Below, piece after piece: positions 16,744-27,146 of a DNA stretch of 64,000 nt. The translations under genes were made by a program, and so were the position numbers. Each line of letters begins with the position of its first letter. Position 1 is the first letter of the stretch. Under the pieces are notes generated by a model. It searched no databases. It was not told the DNA's origin and saw nothing but the letters and a program-made list of their open reading frames with translations. Origin of the DNA: Thermoplasmata archaeon (GTDB lineage: Archaea > Thermoplasmatota > Thermoplasmata > Lutacidiplasmatales > UBA184); contig JAKIWS010000005.1 of the NCBI GenBank assembly GCA_022749895.1, positions 8,827 through 72,826 on the forward strand, in the 5' to 3' direction.

Positions 16744-19700
16744 ATGGAGCAAGCGAAAGCGTCGTACACGGGTCGTTGGGGAGGCCGCCGAGGGATCGGC
16801 ACGGCCATCGCCGCGGTGGTCATGGTCATCGTGATTGCCCTGGTCGGGGCCGGCACGTATGTCGGTCTCAATTCCCAGCCGCACGGGAACAAGACCGTCA
16901 AGTCGTGCACGCCGGCGAACTCTCCGATCTGTGTCGCTTCCGCACAGACGCACGATGTCGGTCTGCTGGTGCCGTTCAAGGCGTCGCAGACGGGCAATAC
17001 GGTTCCTTTCACCGCCATCCTCCCGGCCGGAGACACGGCCTCCAGTTTTGCGTTCAATTTTGGTGACAGTGGCCCCACGAGCACGGCGACCTCCACCCAG
17101 CCGACCGTGACCCACGTCTACTCGAGCGCGGGCGTCTACCTGATCTCCGTCCAGGCGACGGTCCGCGGCGTCGTGCACGACAACTACCAGAAGCTCACCG
17201 TTGTGACGGTCTCGGCGTTCGCGAGCGCGGGCGCCGCGAACCAGCCCGGCGTGTCGGGCTCGGTCGTGACCAACAGCACGGCGATCACCGGCTCTCCTCC
17301 CACGACGATTCTGCAGCCGGGCGGCTCCGTGACCTTCACGGGCTCCTACACCGCCGCTCCGACGAACCCGCAGTTCGTCTTCGCGTCCCCCACCATCATC
17401 TCCTCGACCGGCGGCACCGTTCAGGGAACGCCCACGAACACCACCACCTCCGCCACGGCCGCCTATTCGTTCGCGGCCTCGGGAACGTATGTGGTGACGT
17501 TCGTCGGGAAGGCCGTCAGCGGAACGGTGAGCGCCTTCCAGAACTACACTTGGACCGTCTTCGTCGCGCCGAGCGGCATCCACGCGGGGGTCGCCGGTAC
17601 GGGGGTCGCAACCAGCCCGCACAAGGGCTCGCTCAACATCTACGAAGAAACCCCCGGCGGCGGCACCAGCGAAGACCCGGCCGTCGACTACGAGACAGCG
17701 GGCTACGAGGTCATCCTCAACGTCTACCAGACCTTGATCGCGTACAACGGCAGCCAGACGGGTCCGACGTACGCGTCGTACGTCCCCCAGCTCGCGACGT
17801 GCGTGCCGGGAAGCCCGGCGTGCGCGCTGCAGTTCAGCGGCAACACGCTGGTCCGCGGCGACAACTACACCTTCGTCCTCGACTCGGCGGCGAAGTTCTT
17901 CGACCCGGCGACCAAGGCGTCCTGGGGCGTCTACCCGACCGACGTCCTGTTCAGCGTCGCGCGCACGATGAGCTTCGCGAACCTGCCGTCGTTCGGCGGC
18001 AACAACGGCTGGATCCTCGAGCAGGCGATGCTGCCCTCCGGGAACAAGAACTGGGACGGGGGCCTCCACGGCGCGCGGAACAACACCCCGGACAACATCT
18101 ACAGCCACGTCATCCTCAACGGGAGCGACTGCCCCGCCGTAGCGATGACCGGGGCGGCCTACCACGGCTGCGTCACCTTCTGGGCGAACGGCGCGGGTCA
18201 TTCCTGGCCGTACTTCCTGGAACTGATCGCGGACAACCTGGGCGCTTCGATCGTTCCGTGCGGCTGGTTCAGCGCGGCACCTCAGGTAGCGGGCATCCCG
18301 TACTGGACGTACAACAACGTCACCGGCTCGGGCGACCACCCGTGCGCCGCGCCCGGAACGCCCGGCTGGGGCCTCTCCCCGACGGCCATCGCGGCGAAGC
18401 CGACGGCGTGGGACAACTACCAGATGGTCGGCTCGGTGCCTCCGTTCTGGGGTAAGGTCCAGTGGGCGTTGGCGGGCAGCGGCCCGTACTACGTCCCGAC
18501 CGGCGGCTACCAGATCGGCTTGAGCTACCTGCTCCAGGCGAACCCCGCGTACGTCCAGCCGTCCTTCTGCCACGGCGCCGGCTGCGAGCCCGCCGCCGGC
18601 CAGTACGCCGCGAAGGTGAGCGTCATCTGGGAAACGACCCAGACGCCCGGCGAGCAGGCGTATGCGACGGGGGTCGCGGACGAAGCGTCGATCCCGGGAA
18701 CGGACACGGCGTTGCTGCTGTCGTTGGTCGCCCAGGGGAAGATCCAGGCGATCACGTTCCCGTCGATCAGCATCGACTTCTTCCCGTTCAACCTGTTGTT
18801 CAACGCCCCGGGGGCCGCGAAGTACACCTCGAACCCGATCACCGTGCAGCCGGACTTCTTCAGCTACCTCGCGGTGCGGCAGTTCTTCGCGCATGCGTAC
18901 CCGTACACGACGATCCAGTCGACGCTGAACACGATCGACGGGATCCAGGGGGCGTTCAACTACGGTGGGGCGATCCCGCAGTTCATGGCGAACTACTACC
19001 CCACCAACGTGAGCTTCCCCAACGCGGACCCGTGTGCGGACAACACGAAGGCCGCGTGCGCGGTGTACTGGTGGGCGCAAGCGACGAGCGCGTCGTCCCC
19101 GTACTACGATAAGGAGCTCGCGGCGTGTTCGTCGTCGAGTCCGTGCGAGGTGCCGCTGTTCGGCCAGACCGGCGCACCGACGCTCGATGAACGGATGGCG
19201 CTGTGGGCCGCCTCGATCAACACGATCTCGGGCGGTGCGGTCAAGGTCGACACGCTCGACATCAACTTCGTCGACGCGGTGATCAACTCTCTGTTCAGCC
19301 CGCCGGGCGCCAACGCGATGCCGTTCTACCGGCTCGGCTGGGCGCCCGACTACCCGGACCCGACGGACTACGTGACGCCGATGTACCTGCCCGACAGCAC
19401 GTACACCTCGGCGGACACCGTCGCGGAGCAGCTCGGGGTCGGCGTCAACACCGCGTTCAACGACAGCAGCTGTGCGACGACGGCGGCGTTCACGAACTAC
19501 GTCAAGTGGGCGTCGATTGCCCAGACGACCGGCGGGATCCCGAACAACTGCCAGGGCATGGCGTACAGCTCCATGACCTACCTCGAGGGCTTGGCGGCCG
19601 TCCAGCCGGCGGGCCCGCAGCGGGTGCTGATGTACAACTGGGTCGAGCAGATCGCGAACGCGCTCGCGCTCTACACCTACTCGTTCCAGAACAACTACAT

Positions 19701-19809
19701 CTACACCTACGCGAGCTGGATCGACGGGTCGACGATCAACAGCAACGTGACGATCGGGGGCGGCGGCGACTCGCTGTGGTACCTGATCGGCGGCAACGGG
19801 GTCTACTGA
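16744..19809 (+). CDS. ABC peptide-binding protein (family 5-like) with class III signal peptide and PKD domain
   Basis: RRG|IGTAIAAVVMVIVIALVG; FNFGD..THVY PKD; SEDPAVDYETAG, GSGPYY, LGWAPDYPDPTDY. Confidence 0.85.
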   Translation: MEQAKASYTGRWGGRRGIGTAIAAVVMVIVIALVGAGTYVGLNSQPHGNKTVKSCTPANSPICVASAQTHDVGLLVPFKASQTGNTVPFTAILPAGDTASSFAFNFGDSGPTSTATSTQPTVTHVYSSAGVYLISVQATVRGVVHDNYQKLTVVTVSAFASAGAANQPGVSGSVVTNSTAITGSPPTTILQPGGSVTFTGSYTAAPTNPQFVFASPTIISSTGGTVQGTPTNTTTSATAAYSFAASGTYVVTFVGKAVSGTVSAFQNYTWTVFVAPSGIHAGVAGTGVATSPHKGSLNIYEETPGGGTSEDPAVDYETAGYEVILNVYQTLIAYNGSQTGPTYASYVPQLATCVPGSPACALQFSGNTLVRGDNYTFVLDSAAKFFDPATKASWGVYPTDVLFSVARTMSFANLPSFGGNNGWILEQAMLPSGNKNWDGGLHGARNNTPDNIYSHVILNGSDCPAVAMTGAAYHGCVTFWANGAGHSWPYFLELIADNLGASIVPCGWFSAAPQVAGIPYWTYNNVTGSGDHPCAAPGTPGWGLSPTAIAAKPTAWDNYQMVGSVPPFWGKVQWALAGSGPYYVPTGGYQIGLSYLLQANPAYVQPSFCHGAGCEPAAGQYAAKVSVIWETTQTPGEQAYATGVADEASIPGTDTALLLSLVAQGKIQAITFPSISIDFFPFNLLFNAPGAAKYTSNPITVQPDFFSYLAVRQFFAHAYPYTTIQSTLNTIDGIQGAFNYGGAIPQFMANYYPTNVSFPNADPCADNTKAACAVYWWAQATSASSPYYDKELAACSSSSPCEVPLFGQTGAPTLDERMALWAASINTISGGAVKVDTLDINFVDAVINSLFSPPGANAMPFYRLGWAPDYPDPTDYVTPMYLPDSTYTSADTVAEQLGVGVNTAFNDSSCATTAAFTNYVKWASIAQTTGGIPNNCQGMAYSSMTYLEGLAAVQPAGPQRVLMYNWVEQIANALALYTYSFQNNYIYTYASWIDGSTINSNVTIGGGGDSLWYLIGGNGVY

Positions 19810-19832
19810 GCCGTTCGGTAGCGCGTGACGGG

Positions 19833-19886
19833 CGGGACCCCCCGAGCCCATCGGGGGGTTCCCGGAACCCTTTCCTCCCTTTTATT
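19833..19886 (+). terminator. GC hairpin plus pyrimidine/T tract
   Basis: CGGGACCCCCCGA/TCGGGGGGTTCCCG stem, then GAACCCTTTCCTCCCTTTTATT. Confidence 0.6.
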
Positions 19887-19943
19887 GCCGAAATCCCTGC
19901 GAGGGCCCGGCTAGGCGAGCGACATCGGAGCGGTTCACCGACC

Positions 19944-20288
19944 GTGGACGCCGAAGGGTTCCGTCGTATCGCGCTGAAGCTACCCGAAGCCGAGGAACGG
20001 TTCCACCAAGGCCACCCGGACTTTCGGGTCCGAGGCCGCATCTTCGCGACGCTCGGCTCCCCTCACGAAGGGTGGGGGATGGTGAAGCTCGAGCTGAGCG
20101 ACCAGGCCCAGTTCATCGAGGGGGAGCCACGGGCGTTTGTCCCCGCGAACGGGTCGTGGGGGCAGCGGGGCGCGACCAGCGTGCGTCTCCAAGCTGTCAG
20201 CGGGCCCACGCTCGAGCGGGCCTTGCGGGCGGCGTGGGCGAACGTCGCGGCGAAGGTTGCAGCACCCCGCGTGCGGACCCGTCGCTAG
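19944..20288 (+). CDS. MmcQ/YjbR-family protein
   Basis: FRRIALKLPEAEE..HPDFRVRGRIFATL..GSWGQRGAT; GTG start. Confidence 0.8.
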   Translation: MDAEGFRRIALKLPEAEERFHQGHPDFRVRGRIFATLGSPHEGWGMVKLELSDQAQFIEGEPRAFVPANGSWGQRGATSVRLQAVSGPTLERALRAAWANVAAKVAAPRVRTRR

Positions 20289-20350
20289 CCGCTCGGTTGC
20301 GCTCGTCGAAGAGATCGAGGCCGAATCGCCGAGGGGCCGTTGGCCCGAGC

Positions 20351-20770
20351 TTAGAGGAACTCTCGGGGGTCGGGGCCTACGCGACCCGGATACGGGTCGA
20401 GACCGGCGCGGATACGGTCGGCTTCGGGGGTCCATCGACCCCAGGGGACCGGCGTGAGCCACGTGCGCCGGAACGGTTGGCCGCTACTCCCCGTCCGCTC
20501 GATCGGAAGCCGGGCCCACAGGTACCGGTAGGCGAGGATCTCGAGGTAGAGGGCGCCGAGGAGCGCCGGAACCATCGCGTAGACGTCGAACGGACGGAGG
20601 AAGGTGGCGACGATCCACGCGTCGGCGATGAAGAAGCCGAGGACGATCCACGCCCGGGCGAAGTCGAAGAGGAACCACTCCCGCCACGTGGGGCCGGGAT
20701 CCGCGAGCGCCGCCTTTCGGCCCTCCTCATCGAGCGGGGGGCCTAGGCCTCGGAGCAGCAAGGGGGGCAT
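20351..20770 (-). CDS. Hypothetical membrane protein (2 TM)
   Basis: Two hydrophobic segments; fills the gap downstream of oppF. Confidence 0.6.
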   Translation of the reverse strand: MPPLLLRGLGPPLDEEGRKAALADPGPTWREWFLFDFARAWIVLGFFIADAWIVATFLRPFDVYAMVPALLGALYLEILAYRYLWARLPIERTGSSGQPFRRTWLTPVPWGRWTPEADRIRAGLDPYPGRVGPDPREFL

Positions 20771-20794
20771 CCTGAGCGCTCGGGTTCGGCGGCT

Positions 20795-21985
20795 TCAAGC
20801 GGTCGTGGCCGCCACGGGCCCCCCCGCGGAGGTGGAGGTCGCCGTGGCGCCGGCGAGCGCCGCCTCCGTCGGAGGGTAGAGGTGGCAGGCGACGAAGTGG
20901 TCCGGCCGGATGGCGATCAGCGGGGGCTCGACCTTCGAGCAGATCGGCATGACGGCCGGGCACCGGGTGTGGAACCGGCACCCGGGCGGCGGCGCCGCCG
21001 GGCTCGGCACGTCCCCCCGGAGGACGATCCGCTCCCGGTGGAGCTGCGGGTCGGGGATCGGGATCGCCGACAGCAGGGCCTGGGTGTAGGGGTGGAGCGG
21101 TCGACCGAACAGCTCCTCGGTGGGAGCGCGCTCGACGACCTTGCCGAGGTACATCACCACGACGCGCCGCGAGACGGCCCGGACGACCGAGAGGTGGTGG
21201 GAGATGAACAGGTAGGCCAGGTTCTGGTCGGCTTGCAGGCGTTTGAGGATGTTGAGGATCTGGGCCTGGACGGAGACGTCGAGAGCGCTCGTGGGCTCGT
21301 CCAGCACGATGAAATCCGGGCGCAGGGCCAGGGCGCGGGCGATGCCGATCCGTTGGCGCTGACCTCCCGAGACTTCGTGGGGGAACCGCCAGAGGTGCTC
21401 GGGGTTGAGCCCCACCGCTTGCATTAGCTCCGCCACGCGCTGGTACCGCGCCTTCGGGGTACCGAGACGATGGATGGCGAGCGGCTCGGCGACGATGTCC
21501 CGCACGAGCATGCGCGGGCTCAAAGAGGAAAACGGGTCCTGGAAGACGATCTGGAGCTTGCCGCGGAGCTTCTGCAGCCGCCGGCCGCTCATCCGGTAGA
21601 TCGAGTACTGCTTCGCGATCTCGTCGAGCTCGGTGAGCAGCGAGGCCGAATTCGCGGGGAGCTCCTCCCCGTCCTCGTCCCCGGCGTACGCGGCGCCGAG
21701 CGACGTGTAGAGGCTCTCGAGCCGGGCGTGGACGTCCGCGGGGGGCTTGTAGAAGGTGTGGCCCGAGGTCGGCTCGATCAGGCGGAGGAGGAGACGTCCG
21801 ACCGTGGTCTTCCCGCATCCGGATTCGCCGACGAGACCGACGGTCTCGCCCTCGTGGACGTCGAACGAGACCCCGTCGACCGCGCGGACGTCCCCGATGT
21901 GGGTCGAGAAGACGCCGCCGCGGATCGGGAAGTATTTGCGGAGGTTGCGGACGGAGAGCAGTACCGAGTCATGGCCGTTGTCCAT
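20795..21985 (-). CDS. oppF: Oligopeptide ABC ATPase OppF-like
   Basis: [38 protein letters not shown]. Confidence 0.92.
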   Translation of the reverse strand: MDNGHDSVLLSVRNLRKYFPIRGGVFSTHIGDVRAVDGVSFDVHEGETVGLVGESGCGKTTVGRLLLRLIEPTSGHTFYKPPADVHARLESLYTSLGAAYAGDEDGEELPANSASLLTELDEIAKQYSIYRMSGRRLQKLRGKLQIVFQDPFSSLSPRMLVRDIVAEPLAIHRLGTPKARYQRVAELMQAVGLNPEHLWRFPHEVSGGQRQRIGIARALALRPDFIVLDEPTSALDVSVQAQILNILKRLQADQNLAYLFISHHLSVVRAVSRRVVVMYLGKVVERAPTEELFGRPLHPYTQALLSAIPIPDPQLHRERIVLRGDVPSPAAPPPGCRFHTRCPAVMPICSKVEPPLIAIRPDHFVACHLYPPTEAALAGATATSTSAGGPVAATTA

Positions 21986-22006
21986 CCGCCCCGTCCCCCG
22001 TGACCC

Positions 22007-23707
22007 CTAGCCCTTGGCGACCGGTCCGTGGTAGAGGTAGCAGGCCACTTGATGGCCCTCCCCCTCGACCGTCATCGGGGGGCGCACCTCCTTGCAGATC
22101 GGCATCGCGTGGGGGCAGCGGGGATGGAATCGGCAGCCCGAGGGGGGATAAATGAGGTTGGGCACGGACCCGGGGATGGATTCGAGCGGTTTGGTCGGGT
22201 CGTCCATCCGCGGGATCGAGGCGAGCAGACCCTGGGCGTAGGGGTGGAGCGGCCGCAGGTAGAGATCCTTGACGGGGGCGATCTCGACGATGTTGCCCGC
22301 GTACATCACCGCCACCCGGTCCGCGACCTCGGCGATCACGCCCAGGTCGTGGGTGATGAGCATGATCGCGGTGCCGACCCGCTCTTTGAGGTTCTTCATC
22401 AATTCCAGGATCTGCGCCTGGATCGTGACGTCGAGCGCGGTCGTCGGCTCGTCCGCAATCAGGAGCTCCGGGTCGGACGAAAGCGCCATCGCGATCATCA
22501 CGCGCTGGAGCATGCCGCCGGAGAGCTCGTGGGGGTAGCCGCGGGCGACCTGGACGGGGTTGGCGATCCGGACCCCTTCGAGGAGACGCACCGCGTGCCA
22601 GAACGTCTCCTTCCGGATCGGTTTTCGGACATGGCCCCGGACCCCCCAGAGTCCGAAGTAGAACGTTCGGAGCCTGAGCGCCCACGTCCGGAGGGTGATC
22701 CTCCGCCGGGCCAGCGGCTCGGCCTTGCCGTTGCGCATCTCCCGTAGGTAGACCGCCTGCAATTCGCGGGCCAACGTCCGCAACGCCCGCTCGCGCTGGA
22801 GGTACCGGCGTTGGAGTTGGCTCATGTTCAGACGCCGGAACGCCCGCTCGATCTCGGGTCGCCGACTCTCCGGGTCGGCCCACGAGCCCCGGACCGCGTA
22901 GAACGCCTGGGTCCCGAGCGAAGCGAGGCCCGCGACGTCGCCGAGATGCTCCGCCGCGGCCCGCAGCGTATCCTGGTCGTTCTGGCGAGCGACCTTGAAC
23001 AACTGGTCCAAGGCCTCCTCGATCCGACCCGAGGAGAGTCCCGCTTCGGTCGTCCGCTCGGCGCGGAGCCGGCGGGCGCCGTCGGCCGCAAGACCGCGAC
23101 CGTGGCGGCCGGCCGACGCTTGGAGCAGGCCGTCGATGACCACCTCGCCCCGGTGCAGCATCAGCGCCTCCGAGATCTGGTCGGAGATCGAGAAGATCGG
23201 GTTCATCGCCGAGGTCGGCTCCTGGAAGATCATCGAGATGCCGCCGCCGCGGACGGCCGTCATCCTGGCCTGGCCCTGGCGAATCCTCCGGAACCTGCGG
23301 CTGACCTTGACGCGGCCCTTCTTCAGGGTCTTGAACTTCGCTTCCTTATCGAGCCCCCAGAGAAGGTTCGCCCCCTTGAACAGGATCGTCCCGTCCATGA
23401 TGCGTCCCGGCGGGTCCGGGATGAGCTTGGTCACCGAGAACGCCGTGACGCTCTTGCCGCAGCCGGTCTCGCCGACTAGCCCGATCGTCTCTCCGCGACG
23501 GATGTTGAACGTGACGCCGTCGAGCGCCTTGACGACGCCGTCGTAGGTGAAGAAGTAGGTCCGCAGACCGCGGATGTCCAGGACCACGTCGCCCACCGGC
23601 TTCGGCGCGCTGGTTGCGACCGCGGACGGCGGTGCCTCCGCTGCGCGGAGCAGGGCGGGCTCGAGCGGGACGGGGGCCGATGACGGGAGGCTCGCGGAGG
23701 CGCTCAG
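22007..23707 (-). CDS. oppD: Oligopeptide ABC ATPase OppD-like with large insertion; probable CTG start (alternative GTG 23596)
   Basis: [34 protein letters not shown]; SD GGAGGT precedes in-frame CTG 23707. Confidence 0.9.
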   Translation of the reverse strand: MSASASLPSSAPVPLEPALLRAAEAPPSAVATSAPKPVGDVVLDIRGLRTYFFTYDGVVKALDGVTFNIRRGETIGLVGETGCGKSVTAFSVTKLIPDPPGRIMDGTILFKGANLLWGLDKEAKFKTLKKGRVKVSRRFRRIRQGQARMTAVRGGGISMIFQEPTSAMNPIFSISDQISEALMLHRGEVVIDGLLQASAGRHGRGLAADGARRLRAERTTEAGLSSGRIEEALDQLFKVARQNDQDTLRAAAEHLGDVAGLASLGTQAFYAVRGSWADPESRRPEIERAFRRLNMSQLQRRYLQRERALRTLARELQAVYLREMRNGKAEPLARRRITLRTWALRLRTFYFGLWGVRGHVRKPIRKETFWHAVRLLEGVRIANPVQVARGYPHELSGGMLQRVMIAMALSSDPELLIADEPTTALDVTIQAQILELMKNLKERVGTAIMLITHDLGVIAEVADRVAVMYAGNIVEIAPVKDLYLRPLHPYAQGLLASIPRMDDPTKPLESIPGSVPNLIYPPSGCRFHPRCPHAMPICKEVRPPMTVEGEGHQVACYLYHGPVAKG

Positions 23708-23710
23708 GCG

Positions 23711-24880
23711 CTACCTCCGCAACCTCGGGTCGAGCGCGTCGCGGAGGCCGTCGGACAGGAAGTTCACCGAGATCGCGAACAGGAAGAGGGTGATGCCGGG
23801 GAAGAACAGCTGCCACCACGGGAAGAATTGGCAGGCGGCGACCGCGTTTTCGCAGGTGGTCAGCAAGCCGGGGATAGGGAGCACGGATAGGGCCGACATC
23901 GCCCCCCACTCAGGGAAGTACAGCGTTGGATAGATGTGGAATCCAAGAAAGACAATCGCCCCGATGCCGAGCGGGATCGTCCCCACGTCTAGCGACATCT
24001 GGACGAAAACGGGGTACATGCTGTTCGGCACGATGTGCTTGAGGAGGATGCGCCCCGACTTGGCCCCACTAGCCCGGGCGGCTTCGACATACTTCTGCTC
24101 CCGCGTTACGAGGACCTGGCCCCGGACGATCCGCGTGTAGATGGGCCACCATGTGATGATAAATGCGACCAGAAGGACTACAATCGAGCCGTAATTGGTC
24201 GCCCCGATCTGGATCTTGATCGAGTTGTTCAGGACCGAGAGGAGGACGATGACGAGGAGAAGCCCGGGGATGGAGAGGAAGACATCAGTGACCCGCATGA
24301 TGAATTCGTCCCACAGGCCACCCTTGAACCCCGCTAGGGCCCCCAACAGGAGACCTACGCCGGCCCCACTCGCGACGATCGTTGCCGAGAGCCCAAGTGA
24401 CCACGGCGCGCCCTTAATCAGTCCCGCGTAAATGTTGTAGAAGTAGTTGTTTCCCGGGCTGGCGGTGAGAGCGCCGAGAGGCAGCGGCCCACTCGTGAAA
24501 TGACCGATATTCACGGTCGGAGGTAGAAGCGATGGATTGAACTGATCGACTGGGTAGGCCGTCGGGCCGCACTGAGGAACAATATTCGGCGGGCTCGTAC
24601 ACACACTGATGCACCCAGTACTCGGGCCGCTTGGCTGAGAGTTTCCCGTGTAGGTCCCGCAGTACAACTGGAGCTGGGTCGCGGGTGCAGGATAGGAAAA
24701 CGAGTAAACAGCCACGATGACAAAGAACAGCAGAATGCCGAGGCCAATCATGGCCAGCGTGTTCTTCCGGAGGAAGTAGAACGTCCGCTGCATCTGGGCG
24801 ATGCGCGGGCTTGGGTGGCGGGGGGTACTGCCCCGCCGACGTAGCAGCGCACTGGGCGCGGTTGGGTCGATCGTCGCCAT
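23711..24880 (-). CDS. oppC: Oligopeptide ABC permease OppC-like
   Basis: MRVTDVFLSIP, RIVRGQVL..YVEAARASGA..HIVPN, NFLSDGLRDALDP. Confidence 0.93.
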   Translation of the reverse strand: MATIDPTAPSALLRRRGSTPRHPSPRIAQMQRTFYFLRKNTLAMIGLGILLFFVIVAVYSFSYPAPATQLQLYCGTYTGNSQPSGPSTGCISVCTSPPNIVPQCGPTAYPVDQFNPSLLPPTVNIGHFTSGPLPLGALTASPGNNYFYNIYAGLIKGAPWSLGLSATIVASGAGVGLLLGALAGFKGGLWDEFIMRVTDVFLSIPGLLLVIVLLSVLNNSIKIQIGATNYGSIVVLLVAFIITWWPIYTRIVRGQVLVTREQKYVEAARASGAKSGRILLKHIVPNSMYPVFVQMSLDVGTIPLGIGAIVFLGFHIYPTLYFPEWGAMSALSVLPIPGLLTTCENAVAACQFFPWWQLFFPGITLFLFAISVNFLSDGLRDALDPRLRR

Positions 24881-24884
24881 GGGT

Positions 24885-26069
24885 CTACCCGAGTCGGACC
24901 CTCGGGTCCAGGTAGGCGTATAGAATGTCGACGAGGATGTTCGCCAACACGACGATGATTGTAAACAGCAGTGTGGTGCCGAAGATAAGGCCGTAGTCGA
25001 ACTGCGGCTGGATGGCGTACGTCAGGACCAGCCCAATTCCGCGGAGTCCGAAGATGTTCTCGATGATCGGGAATCCGCCGATGAACCCTGCGAACGTTAG
25101 CCCCAGTACGGTCACCGTGACGTTTAGCGAGTTGCGCCCCGCATGTCGCTTGATCACCTGGCGTTCCGCGACGCCCTTGGCCCGGGCGGTCCGGACGAAA
25201 TCCAGGTTCATGACCTCGAGCATGCTGTTGCGGACGAACCGAAGGATTCCCGCGATGCCCCCGAAGGTGATCACCAACGCGGGGACCAACATCCGCTTCA
25301 CGGACTCCCAGGCGAGGAACCAGTTTTGGTGGAGGGCCGCATCAACCGTGGGGAATCCCGTGGGCGTCGTCTGGAGGTACGGGCCGATCCACGATGGGTA
25401 TCGACCACCGGGAAGACATCCCAAATCCGGCCACGAATTGTGCCACTCCGCGTAGGGGGTCGACGTTCCGTTGCAAACCGCGCCAAAGCCCCCCGAGATA
25501 ACTGTGATTGCGGTCAGAGCGAGAATGGCAAGAAGGAATCCGGGGAGGGCGAAGCCGGAAAAGGAAAGGACCCGGGACGCCTGGTCAATCGGTCGGTTCC
25601 GATACACGGCGGAGTAGTTCCCGAGCGGGATCGCGAGGAGCAGGATCATGAACAGAGATATCGCGGCGAGTTCCAACGTGTAGGGCAGGAAGTAGGACAG
25701 GACCGTGGAGACGGGAGTCTGACCGGTGAGGGCGAAAGCGTGGGACGCCTGACTCTGCGACCCGGTGTACCCCCAGTTCAGCTGCAGGCTGTTGAAGATG
25801 TAATGGCCCCATTGGGTCCAAATCGGTTGGTCATAGCCGAGTTGATGGATGGCCGCCTCATAGGCGGGGTTCGGACACAGCGCCGTACTGCCCTGGGCGC
25901 ATGGGATGGTCGGAGTGCAGGGTGAAGCCGCACCATGACCGCTGCAGAGGTAGTACGACGAGACGCGTTCGCTGACGGGGATGGCCTGGATGATGACGAA
26001 GGTGATCGTCATCACGCCGATAATGACCGGAATGAGAAGCAGGGCTCGGCGAATGATGTACACCGACAT
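24885..26069 (-). CDS. oppB: Oligopeptide ABC permease OppB-like
   Basis: YIIRR, DFVRTARAKG..HAGRN, NILVDILYAYLDPRV. Confidence 0.93.
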   Translation of the reverse strand: MSVYIIRRALLLIPVIIGVMTITFVIIQAIPVSERVSSYYLCSGHGAASPCTPTIPCAQGSTALCPNPAYEAAIHQLGYDQPIWTQWGHYIFNSLQLNWGYTGSQSQASHAFALTGQTPVSTVLSYFLPYTLELAAISLFMILLLAIPLGNYSAVYRNRPIDQASRVLSFSGFALPGFLLAILALTAITVISGGFGAVCNGTSTPYAEWHNSWPDLGCLPGGRYPSWIGPYLQTTPTGFPTVDAALHQNWFLAWESVKRMLVPALVITFGGIAGILRFVRNSMLEVMNLDFVRTARAKGVAERQVIKRHAGRNSLNVTVTVLGLTFAGFIGGFPIIENIFGLRGIGLVLTYAIQPQFDYGLIFGTTLLFTIIVVLANILVDILYAYLDPRVRLG

Positions 26070-26227
26070 CTTCATCGGACGACACCCCGCGGGACGGCCC
26101 CCCGCGACCCAGCGATTCGGGAGGGGCTATTTATGGATTTATCAAATCCACCTCGAGGGTGGACGCCAATCCGGCATCCCCCCAGCGTGGCGGCGCGAGC
26201 CGCCGCGGACGTGGCCGGTAGGGAGCG

Positions 26228-26569
26228 CTAGTAGAGCGGCAACTGGCCGGTGACCGCGTCGATCTCCTCGACGCGCGCGGGACCGAGACCCAGGACGGTC
26301 GTGGTACCGGGCGGAACCTCGGTGAGCCCAGCATCTTGAACGAACACTTCGAGGATCTTCCGGGCCCGGGCTTTCGCGGACAGAGCGTTGAGGTCGTCGA
26401 GGGTCCGGGCCGTCACGACGATCTTCTTCTGACCCTGTCGGAGCCAGGCATCGTGCACCTCTTCCCGGCGACCTCGGGCGAGGTCCGCGAGCATGACGGC
26501 CGCGTGAGCGACCTGGACCGCCGCCTTTCCCGGCGAGAGGCCCAGCTCCCCCCGGAGGACCAGGACCAT
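26228..26569 (-). CDS. pth2: Peptidyl-tRNA hydrolase 2
   Basis: GKAAVQVAHAA, GQKKIVV, DAGLTEVPPGT.TVLGLGP. Confidence 0.93.
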   Translation of the reverse strand: MVLVLRGELGLSPGKAAVQVAHAAVMLADLARGRREEVHDAWLRQGQKKIVVTARTLDDLNALSAKARARKILEVFVQDAGLTEVPPGTTTVLGLGPARVEEIDAVTGQLPLY

Positions 26570-26594
26570 CTTGAACTCACCCGAAATTCCTCTC

Positions 26595-27134
26595 CTACCC
26601 GGCAAGCTCCGCCTCCCGCGCCGCCCGTACGGCGGACGCTTCCGTCTGGACCTTTTCGAGCTGATCTCGGATGCGCCGGTCCTCGTCGGATCCGGGCGGA
26701 ATCCGGGTCAGGGAGCGGCGCAGGCCCCGCTCCTGCCGCGCAAGGTCGTCCATGCGACGCATCGCTTCCCACCCCCCGGTCGCCCCGGTATCCTCCTCGG
26801 GATGAGGGGCCGACGGCGGGTTCCGCGCGAAGGCTCCCCGAAGGTACGCGACGGCCAGCCCCACCAGGCTGATGCCCGCGAGCGATAGCTCGAGAGCGGG
26901 GTTGCTCCACGTCGCCTGGAACCCGCTGGGAGCGGCGTTGAGGAGGACGAAGCCGACCAAGACCGTCAGCGTCACGCTGAGGACGAAGCTCAGGGTTGCG
27001 AGCTCGACCGCCGTCAGGAGCGCGCCCGCACCACGGACCCTCCACTCGGGGAACACGGATTTCGCGACCGCATAGCCGGGGAGGGCGAAGACGAGAACCC
27101 CTCCCACGATGGCGAGCGCCAGGTTGACCGCCAC
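26595..27134 (-). CDS. DUF1616-like membrane protein
   Basis: LVFALPGY..FP..LSFVLS pattern; three TM segments then a helical tail. Confidence 0.6.
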   Translation of the reverse strand: MAVNLALAIVGGVLVFALPGYAVAKSVFPEWRVRGAGALLTAVELATLSFVLSVTLTVLVGFVLLNAAPSGFQATWSNPALELSLAGISLVGLAVAYLRGAFARNPPSAPHPEEDTGATGGWEAMRRMDDLARQERGLRRSLTRIPPGSDEDRRIRDQLEKVQTEASAVRAAREAELAG

Positions 27135-27146
27135 GCCGACCTCGCG

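Noticed and set aside
22620-23146. Intein in OppD
   Set aside because: No N-terminal Cys/Ser block, no His-Asn/Cys-Ser-Thr junction and no LAGLIDADG motif.
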